A stretch of DNA of 64,000 nt from Hormiphora californensis (lineage: Eukaryota > Animalia > Ctenophora). The DNA is taken from positions 5,146,001 to 5,210,000 of the forward strand of contig CM035357.1 in assembly GCA_020137815.1 (NCBI GenBank), written 5' to 3'. The notes under the pieces were generated by a model. The model worked only from the letters and a program-made list of their open reading frames with translations. It was not told where the DNA came from and searched no databases. The position numbers were made by a program, and so were the translations under genes. Of this stretch, positions 54,193-64,000 are shown in pieces. Positions within the stretch are counted from its first letter, which is position 1, and every line of letters starts with the position of its first letter.

Positions 54193-54928
54193 ATGTGAAA
54201 TAACAAACACGACAAGGAACAATTTTAATTAGCACTTACCAAATGGGGAGATACATGGAGAGGAAAAAGAAAGAGGGATGGTGATTGCATTTAGGTCGGT
54301 AATATTTTCATTTTTAGGGTTCAGGGAATGTACACTCGCTCTATTCTCATTCATTAGTTGTGAGTTGCAGATCGATGACTACATCATCGATCTCATCCCA
54401 ATTTCGTCGGCATATACAGGGCATTACTCATTAGACCCCTATTATACCCCGCCCTCCCCGTCGGCAGGGAGGGGGGTGACTCTACTAAGATACACTCGCT
54501 CAATTCTTATTCCGTCACCCGCATTAGATGAGAGTTTTTTCGCAACTTCTCCGTGCCCCTGGTTTCACTGGGGCGGAGTGTTCTTGTAAGACTAAGAACT
54601 CCCGGTGCTTTGAGTTGCAGATCGATGAAACACTACAAAGGTAACAAAGGTCATCAGAAATTAGATGCATGTAAGTGTTGTAATAGGTTACTTGAGCTGT
54701 CGGGCTTGATGAGGCTGTAACAGGGGTTGTAACATTGTTTAGTTACTAAAGTCCTTACTACTACCAACTGAGAAGACTACCAATTAGCATCTACATGATC
54801 TGAAAGGCCCCATCTGAAATCAGAAACGGTTTCACGAAAACAGTCTACCTATTTAACAGAAAGTATAAACATCAACTACCAACGTCCAACATCAGTTTAC
54901 TACAATTTTGATAAATCCTTTTTGATAA

Positions 54929-56319
54929 ATGCCGCTTGCCTGGAAAGAATTTGTTTTAGCAAAGCCACTCGACCCAGCCGCATCTTCAGTAACATTTGCT
55001 GACGTTGTCGGACATTATCTCCACATCACTCGGTCTGTTGCAAACCAAAACAAGTCTAGTTTTGTTCCACAAGTGGTAGATGATTTGCTGAGATTGTACG
55101 ACCCAGATGTTCTTTCATGGCCAGCCAAAGCTCAGGGATCAAGGCGGAGCTTACTACTCGGGTATGCTCAATTAAAGATCTGCAAGTCTGCGATTTCGAT
55201 GAAATCTTTTCATGGCTATATTATGTAGTTCTTATTGTAGATATTATTGTTTTGTATAATTAATTCGTTTTCGTTTCAGAAAGATTAAGGATATTCTAGA
55301 GAAGATAAAGAAAATAACACCATCGACCAAAGTAACTGTAATAGCCAGTTTTAAAGAGAAGCTATGTTCTAATTTTCCCATGCGTCCTGCGACAAAAACA
55401 TCATTACAAAAGATTTCGATTGATCAGGTTTGTGTATTATATTCAAACTTTCATCAACTACAACGTAAAACTATTTATTGGGATGCTTATTGTATTGGGG
55501 AAATGAGCCATTCGAATTAAATTATTCTGTGGTGGTAATGCCACAGCCCATAAGCCACCGTGTTTAGCTTACTAAAATTAATTATCTCCGGTTTATACTA
55601 GAAATAGAATAACTAGATTTTACCAGATACTTACTTACTCGTTTCTTATTTCTGGCAATAGGTAGGATCATGTATGAACCTTGTCTAATAACATGTCATC
55701 CCAGCAGATTTGTATTGATGCCGATACTGATAGTTTACCGTTTACAAGCTCTGGTTTTGTTGAACCCATGCGACCGAGAGAAAGGCCTAGCTACATTCCA
55801 CAAGAGGTAATTCACTCCAGTGACAGTGTAATTCTCTCTATCCATATTTTTATCCATCTCTTTCTTTCTCTCTCTTTGTTTCACTGTCAGTCTTTCTTTC
55901 TCAACGTGTTGTCTTCGTTTTGTATGTCATGTTGAAGAGGGCTCGAGTGAGTAGCGGCACTGATATCCAGGTTTAGTTAGGAATGACCGATACTGTTTGT
56001 ATGACCATTCTTGTTTCCGTTTAGCTGAACTGTAACCCTGTTTCAGGACGATTCTCAATCTCAAGAATCTCAAGTTGACTCAGAATCTCGTGACGCCACC
56101 TTTCAACCCGATTCTCGAGACGCAGATTCCTCGCAGGAATCCTTAGTGGACGGATCTGATAGAAGCAAGGGAACAATCGTTGTCAGTGATTTCCTAAAAC
56201 TCGATTTTGCTGGGCTGGGAAGTGGAGATGTAGATGTGTGTAGCCACTCCGAGAGAGTCAAGAGACCATTAAAAACAACTCATCAAGTTGCAAAGAAAAG
56301 AAAAAGGGAGACGCAGTAA
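54929..56319 (+). CDS. Second copy of the orphan 4-exon gene
   Basis: MPLAWKEFVLAKPLDP...; same splice sites; a few indels in the last exon. Confidence 0.6.
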
Positions 56320-56750
56320 GACTGTTCAGTATTAACGCTATATTATGATGTTTTTTAGATAAATGAGAAATGTGTCTAAAAATAAAACCATCTCTGTTTA
56401 TATGACTGACAGCTATTTAAATCATTATCATTTGTTCCCTTACACACGTACATTCTTTTTCTTTTATTAAGGACACATTTGAACAATGGATTCATTGGAA
56501 TGAACAGCGTCCTCTCGATTAAAGCAAGCTACAGCGCTTGCGGGGTAAAAACTATAGGACACACGTCATCGTAATCATCACTGCGCTGGCAGGCGCAAAA
56601 GTCACCATCCCCCTGCTTGATGCTTCAGCCGTTCATACCATTGAAAACTCATTTACAATAGAAAAACCGGCAGCAAATGGCGTTTTCACGCCTTTAGAGG
56701 TTGATACTCCATTCTTAAACCCACAATCCACACATCAGATGCCAAAACAA

Positions 56751-57089
56751 TAGGGACTGACGGTGTATAAGGTCCAAATGAGGCACGGAGGTATTCTGAA
56801 TCAACTTTTCAAGACGAATCCAACGCAACCGGAATTAGCTTTCTATCTTATCGGGATCAGGAAGGTGTGGTTCATTTTTTTCATTTTTGTCCGCGAGAGC
56901 CAATCAGAGGGCTGGATTTCGAAATTCTGGCCTCTGATTGGCTCGCGTGGCAAAAATGACTAAAAATGAGTGTGAGTGAACCGAACCTTCCCGATAAGAT
57001 AGAAAGCTAATTCCGGTTGGATTTGTCTTGAAAAGCTGATTCAGAAAAGCTCCGTGCCTCATTTGGACCTTATACACCGTCAGACACTA
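56751..57089. mobile_element. hAT-type palindromic MITE
   Basis: TAGGGACTGACGGTGTATAAGGTCC / GGACCTTATACACCGTCAGACACTA; 8-bp TSD CAAAACAA. Confidence 0.85.
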
Positions 57090-57666
57090 CAAAACAAACG
57101 TCCACGATTACGGATTAGGCACAAAAAGTTTTTCACTTTTTTCAGCCAAAAATCGGGACTTAAAAAACGCGCCTGAGCTGCGAATTTTGGAAAATAAGCC
57201 GCGCCGCGCGTAGTGTTGCAGTTTTAAAGCAAAAAGTACGCGTGCAGCCAAATGCTTCCACAAATAACTTCCCATAAAGCAAGCGACTCAAAGTAATCAC
57301 ACATTTTCTTGTCGTCCGATTTTACCGTGTGAACCAAGTAACGATTGACTGATATAACGGGCTAACAAATAAATAATGAAAACAATACAAACATTAAAAT
57401 AGGATAAAATAATTAAAAATGATCCACCTTCATCAATGGTCGTCACTCAGTCCAATGATTTTTATTTTCAGTTGTCCTAAAGCTACCATACTCCATAACA
57501 ATCGTACAATATTCTCAACTGTCCATCACTTTTCACAAGACAACCATGGCACTTTTTTTAATTGCTAAGTTCATCAGTTCATATTGGTAACCAGGCCATG
57601 GTAGCACCCCTTGGTAACTATGGTAACCAGGCCATGGTAACACCTCTTGGTAACCATGGTAACCCA

Positions 57667-60600
57667 TCACCAATCCATCTTATTCTCCTTATTCTCTTCT
57701 TTGACCGCTCCACTTTTACTGTGACACTCCTCAGCAAACTTCCTAAACAGGTCCACGCTGGATTTTAGGGAGGTTTTAGCGTAGTCAGGGACCTTATTGC
57801 CTGACTCCTCCCCTTCCTTCCAGTTCCCCATCTCTTCTACCAACTGTTCCAGAGTCTGAACACGGGGGGAGGAATGTGAATATTGGTGATAAAAAGGATT
57901 CATCTCCACAAAACAAGGGGGAAAGGTCGGTAGAACTTCGACATTTAGGGCAGTTCATTTTAGGGCATGTTGTCCAACTAGCATGAAGCGGGCACACGGA
58001 AATACTGCACTTACCGGGACAGTAAAGGGATCGAAAGTGTCCACGTCCTTAGCCAGGAACGGGATACAGACCCGCCCAGTTTTGGGATGAACCGAGAAGG
58101 GAGATTTAAGAAGATGATTGAGGCCCTTTGTCACATTGACATCCAACCGGGGATAACACAGCTGAAATAGAGGGATATTCGAGGCAAAGTTTGCCTTGCT
58201 CGACTCTCTTTCCGTAAAGGAGGGTTCGAACAAGGTTCGAACAAGGTTCGAACAAGGAAAGCTCGATCGTTGTATATGAGAATATCGTTGCTGTACAGTT
58301 CGTAAAACAAGGGAGTGAAACGAGAGACTCCTGTACAGAGCTTTTCTTGTTCGAATTTTAATATGAAGTTCATAGCTAAATACCTGCAGAACAACTTCTT
58401 TGATCGCATTGTTTTTCTGCTTCCTCGCTTTAGCATATTCAGCCCAAGCACTTTTTAACAGGCTCCATTTCTTCTTGCTATCACCTGGACTTGCAGCCCA
58501 GTCTGCCATGTCATTTTGAATGGTCTTGGCCGGGAACATGTTTAGCACCTGCAGAGTTGAGCGTTTAGAGTTGGAATAAAAGTAAATACTGAACCCGGCC
58601 GACCCGATCTGAGCGCAAAAAAGGGTCTGGCGGGGGGGGAGGGGGGATCTAGCGCCCCTTGACACTGATAACACTGGATACTATTAGAGCTTGATATACT
58701 CTACCAAGACCTGAAATTCACAGAAAACAATTTGACGATTATATGTACCTGATTCCTCTTCTCAGGTGTAGACAAGAAATCCTGGTTACGAATCATCAGC
58801 TCATCAAAATATCCTGCTGTAATCTCCACAGCTCTCTCAATAGCAGGGTGGAGGGCTCCAGGGAGGAGAACCTTCTTCGATTGGTTATCTCCCCCAACCA
58901 CTACAGACATGTAGTCAGCTATTGCTCCCCTTCCTGACAACAATTGGGAGAAGATATAGGGAACGATATAAAAGAACTAAAACAAGGAAGTGAGTGATGG
59001 GGCGTATCGGTAGAGAAAGAATTGTGTAGCTCATACTGAACGCTCTGTGAGGGTTCGGAACGAAGAATACCAAAAATTGGCATTTGGCCAAGTATCCAAC
59101 TTGTCTGCTTACCCGAGTTGTTTAGCTTCCTGGCCGTTTCATCAGCAATCCAACAGTGAATACCCCTCCTTCCCGAGTAGACCCAAAGGATTTGGGAAAA
59201 CCCGAAATCTGTCCTCAGCGCCTCATCTAGGACTTTAACTGCAATCTTCATAAAGACCCAACAGCTTGGACAAATATTGGCCTCCTGGCAACACGACCTG
59301 CAGTGGGTTATTATTATTATTAGGGACCAACTTGCAAAAAGCATCAGGGTATATAGCAGTATGTGTAATGTGATTGTAGGAATGAAGCTAAACAGGAATT
59401 AGGAAACATTGGGGCTGATGAAAGAGAGGTCTTTGTTACACCAGGAACCGACCGAATCAGGAAATACTGGTCCCTGATTGGCTGATAACCAGTGACGATA
59501 ACAGGTTCTGAGGGGGGGGTGACACGTAACACTTTGTAACACTTTGTAACATGTGCAGAAAACTTTTTGTGCACGTTACATGTTACAAAGTGTTACATAG
59601 TGTTACATAGTGTTACATAGTGTTACAAAGTGTTACATAGTGTTACAAAGTGTTACATAGTGTTACAAAGTGTTACATAGTGTTACATAGTGTTACATAG
59701 TGTTACAAAGTGTTACATAGTGTTACATAGTGTTACAAAGTGTTACATAGTGTTACAAAGTGTCACAAAGTGTTACATAGTGTCACAAAGTGTTACAAAT
59801 TGTTACAAAGTGTTACAAATTGTTACAAAATATTTACAAACACACAAGGATTTGTAGCGAAGCAAATTTTCAATCTTTGACCAAAAAATTGATTTTGGAA
59901 AAATTTCATTTCTTTTTCCAACAGAAACGTTGTATATCATCTTATTAAGTACAAAGAATCGATTACCAATGAAAAAAAGTCGATTGGGTCACAACTCACA
60001 GGTGACTCAGCACATTGGGGGCCTCTGAGAGGCACAATACTTTTAATATCACTCTAAAAACTTTACCGTTGTCTAAAGTTCATATTTTTCTTTACCAAAT
60101 GGACTATTTCAGCCCTGATTTCCACAGTCGATGACATCGGAGGCTCAAAATATCCGCAAATTAGTAAAAAAGTGTATGTTTTAATAGTAGAGTCGATAAC
60201 TACATCGACCTCTCCCAATTGTTCCAGTTTTTGTCACATCTGTTTGGAGCCTCGACACGACCTCTAAACAGGTGTTACTTTTTCACAAACTGTTTTCATC
60301 TTGGTGTAATCAGCAGTTGAAATGTTGCTAATCATAACAAAAACCTGACTAAATTTTTTCAACTTGGGGTAAAACCATGGGTGTCAAAAGTTAGCTCTAG
60401 GTCCCCTGAGTAACCATCCGGAGACTCTAAGAGATATTTCAAGCCGTTCTCCCGTAATCATTAATCCCGGTGGAGAAAAAAAATACAATGCGGACGTACG
60501 TGAGCGCTGGCAGGCTGTTTACATGTTATTGTATGTCTCTCACTCTCTCTGGAAAAACCGCACGTGCGGTTGCGCCGCGCGAGATAACTCTTTCTCAAGG

Positions 60601-61907
60601 GGGAGAAAAGAGAGAGACGCACATTAACGTTATACATTAAAGTTGAGGTTGTAGGCAATTGCACGTACGTCCATACTCAAATATGTGCTCTACCGGGATA
60701 AATGATTACAGGAGAACGGCTTGAAATATGTCTTGGAGTCTCCGGATGGTTACTCAGGGGACCTAGAGCTAACTTTTGACACCCATGGTTTTACCCCAAG
60801 TTGAAAAAATTTAGTCAGGTTTTTGTTATGATTAGCAACATTTCAACTGCTGATTACACCAAGATGAAAACAGTTTGTGAAAAAGTAACACCTGTTTAGA
60901 GGTCGTGTCGAGGCTCCAAACAGATGTGACAAAAACTGGAACAATTGGGAGAGGTCGATGTAGTTATCGACTCTACTATAACCCTAGAAATGATTTATAA
61001 CTTTTAGATGTGTTCTAGAAAGACACCAAAGTCGTTCAAATTACTTATTCACCAACCGTCTTATATATTTTGTAAATATTTTGTAACAATTTGTAACACT
61101 TTGTAACAATTTGTAACACTTTGTGACACTATGTAACACTTTGTGACACTTTGTAACACTATGTAACACTTTGTAACACTATGTAACACTTTGTAACACT
61201 TTGTAACACTATGTAACACTTTGTAACACTATGTAACACTTTGTAACACTATGTAACACTATGTAACACTATGTAACACTATGTAACACTTTGTAACACT
61301 TTGTAACACTATGTAACACTTTGTAACACTATGTAACACTTTGTAACATGTGCAGAAAACTTTTTGTGCGCGTTACATGTTACAAAGTGTTACAAAGTGT
61401 TACGTGTCACCCCCCCCCTTCTGATTGGCTGTTTACTTGTTTTGGTTCCTTTGTTACACCCACCTCACATCATCGTAATCTGTCATGTCAATATCAAACA
61501 CAACCTCCCTCTCCATCGCGGTGAATGCCCCACTTTTAAATGCCTTGTGGTCCTTCGGTTTGGCATTGTACACCGCCCCAACGTCAATCTTGAAGGGGTT
61601 CACTGCACGAAGCTCCTTCTTGAATTCGTCCTGGTTCGAAAAGGACTTGTACCTGGGGGAGGGGGTTAGTTTAGGAGGTGATAACCGAATCTTGGTTGAT
61701 CTCCAGGAAAGCTATGCAGGGGAGAGAAGGACAATGAGGGGGGGGGGTGTCGTACCGTAGGTATATATCCCCATTTAGGGTGAAAGAGAACTCCCGTTTA
61801 GCAAGGTAGTCTGGTGAGCCATAGGATAACCATTTGATATAGGGGCTATACGGGAACAACTTGGAGTAGTAGATCTTCAGGTGTTCCTCTATATCGGCAA
61901 CCGGCAT
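57667..61907 (-). CDS. PRIM1: DNA primase small subunit, second copy/allele
   Basis: Near-identical protein, with synonymous changes and different intronic TEs. Confidence 0.9.
59442..61451 (-). mobile_element. hAT MITE (3706 family) split by a nested foldback element
   Basis: MITE halves 59442-59511 and 61419-61451; TSD TGTTACAC; empty site ~36540. Confidence 0.82.
59512..61418. mobile_element. Foldback element with G-run termini and 10-bp tandem arms (TGTTACAWAG)
   Basis: GGGGGGGGTGACACGTAACAC inverted ends; arrays ~59575-59830 and ~61080-61350; inner inverted repeat ~60186-60460 vs ~60700-60978; apparent TSD TTCTGA. Confidence 0.87.
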
Positions 61908-62511
61908 GGTATCTGATATTTGAGATATTCGGATGAAATCGTGGTGTTCATTATTGAGGTAGAGATGTTTCGGGATCAGCTGATTTAGCGAGTTGGAAGT
62001 TGTAAAATGGAAACACGGTGATCTAAGAGATCGATCTAAAAATAATCTTACTCAGAGAGGTACACAAAACTAAGAGAGCAAAGCTAATACAATGATATAT
62101 TACCATGAGAAATCCTCTTCAATACATATTCGATTTTCATGTGAAATTTCATTTTTGGACAATCTTTCGTTCATACATCTCTTCCCAAAAAAACTATGTC
62201 TGCATGTGTCTACAATCTCTCTCTCTCTCTCTCTCCAGTACCCTATGATCTCTCTTCATCTACGTATTTTACAACTAACTACAACGTACTAGAAACTGTG
62301 GTGAATATGGTGAGACATGTGTGGGAGCTAGATGTGAACTAGATGTGTGAGGTTTTATCTTGCCTTGTTTTGAACAAAACGACTTTTATCATGGAGAGAT
62401 GGGAGCAGTAATATATAATAGAAAGCATAGATCATGGAGACGCAAACCTGTCAGGACAATGCTCTGACAGTTCAAAACTAGTATTGTTTTGGTGAGAGAA
62501 ACTCCACACAA

Positions 62512-62552
<41 letters not shown>

Positions 62553-62708
62553 AAACCGATCTCTCTCTCTTCTCCAAAGCAGGAGTTGTTATGTTCAATC
62601 CCCCCTCCTTTAGGGGCCGAACAAGGCAAAACAGGTGATGGGCTGTAAAAGTAGCATTTAATCCTAGGGCCAGCCGCGGACCGTGATGATGAAAAAGGCT
62701 CCAGTGAT

Positions 62709-62811
62709 TTAGGCTGATGGCATGGGGATGGCAGAGTCGCCGTTGTTTGTAGGTTGTTCTGTCACTGTTTCTCCCATTGTCCTCTCTTCTGTCTCTTCTA
62801 GATCTTCCGGC
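62709..62811 (-). CDS. DNAJC5: DNAJC5 last exon, second copy
   Basis: PEDLEETEERTMGETVTEQPTNNGDSAIPMPSA*. Confidence 0.75.
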
Positions 62812-62864
62812 CTGTAAAGAAGTTGGGTCACACTCAGGGGAGAGAATTTGTACATTATATGCAT

Positions 62865-64000
62865 ACTACTTTAAACAAATTAATTTGAGGTGTACGTATG
62901 TAAAGAGCGCCGTACACCACCCACAGTAAGCTCTCTCAAGAAGAAGATCATCAACTACGTGAGTTAGTCACTCTGAAGTTCGGACCACGCCACCCTCAGC
63001 CACATCATCATCATGGGCCCTAACACCGTCAGTCCGGCAGGACGTGTTTTAGGTGGATTGTTAGCTGTGGCAGAGAAGCTGAAAGACAAGAAGCAAGCTG
63101 ATGCAGTGAAGTCAGTGATAACGCTTTTCAACCAGGGAAGACTGCGGCAGAGAATGCCAACAAAGTGACTACAGTAGGGAAACCAAACAAACGATGAATC
63201 ATTCTTGGAATAGACGCATTTCTCAAAGGGCAACAAAGGTTTTCAAAAAAGGATAAACTGCGAAGAGGAAGAAGGGAACAAAAATATTGAAGGAGCATCA
63301 AATGCCTAAATGGGGGGAAAAAAAAATTCACCTCCAGCGGGGGAGGAGAGAGCTACAAATTTTTTCCTATGCAGCCAGCCTCTATACTGTGAAAAGTTGT
63401 GGGGGGATGGGGTCTAGGGATAGGATGGAGGGCTTTCCTGACCCGACGCTGGTAGCACGCTTTTAAACCCAAGGGGTGGAGCATGAGACCACTTCATACG
63501 AACACCCCAGCCCGGGTAAAAGGAATCCAAAATCCCGGGGGGGTTTCCCCCCGAAGCCCCCAAGGCCATCGACGGAAATGAGGGATACCATGACAATTCC
63601 CATGCAATTTCCGGGGCCGCGGATCTGGTGTGACCAAAGCAACTTCAGGGGGGCTGAGGAGGGGGAAAACCGCGTTAAAGACGTAAAAAGGGAAAGCAAC
63701 AAAAAAACAGGAAGAAGAGGAAGAAAAACGGAAAAGGAAAAAAAAGCAAAACATACGATGCCGGACTGATCAGAGGATTAACCCAGCGTTTGCAGGAAGT
63801 TGAACGTAGCGAAAGAGGGGGAGAAGTTTCCAAAAACCCGGTTTAAACAACATGCCCCCGTATGAAGACGGGGGGCCTGCCCCGCAGGTTTGGGGGGAAG
63901 AAGGCCAGAGGGGATACCAAACTGCCCAAAACTTTCACCCTAAAATAAAGAAGTTTTCTAGGAGGGCCCTGGAAAAGATGGATGTACCGGGGAGAAAGTG
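62865..64000 (+). mobile_element. Insertion beginning with spliced-leader-like sequence; probable 5' end/ORF1 of a second LINE family, degraded toward the window end
   Basis: ACTACTTTAAACAAATTAATTTGAG exactly where homology with 38075 stops; ATG at 63013 (MGPNTVSPAGRVLGGLLAVAEKLKD...). Confidence 0.55.

Larger units (their letters stand above)
39400..62864 (+). repeat. Second copy of ~7780-38075 (probable uncollapsed haplotype or long-read fill; boundaries approximate)
   Basis: Colinear genes and introns; dense 1-2 bp indels at ~39.4-52.6 kb; cleaner allele-like divergence after that. Confidence 0.9.

Overview
Eukaryotic, intron-dense, TE-rich genomic DNA, very probably a ctenophore (Pleurobrachia-like: it carries the CAGGAACCGACCG and TACAGTCGGACCCC MITE families and a spliced-leader-like 34-mer; organism call is inference). 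Host genes, reconstructed by hand from GT-AG exons: an uncharacterised + strand gene, NCKIPSD/SPIN90-like (two SH3), ATXN7L3/SGF11 with an intronless papain-family protease nested antisense in one intron, an orphan 4-exon gene, PRIM1, and the 3' part of DNAJC5/CSP. About 7.8-38.1 kb is repeated at about 39.4-62.9 kb; this copy is partly indel-riddled and is most likely an uncollapsed haplotype or long-read gap-fill. It gives empty sites that fix many TE boundaries. Main observations: (1) two LINE-type insertions begin with the same spliced-leader-like sequence, and ORF2 of the intact one appears to need a -1 frameshift; (2) two non-coding retro-insertions share a ~300 bp core but have different 5' tandem arrays and 3' tails; (3) a CACAGTG-ended element with 5-bp TSD has bipartite ends with 7/18-bp spacers, an 11-bp asymmetry like the 12/23 rule; (4) a hAT MITE repeatedly sits at intron 5' ends.
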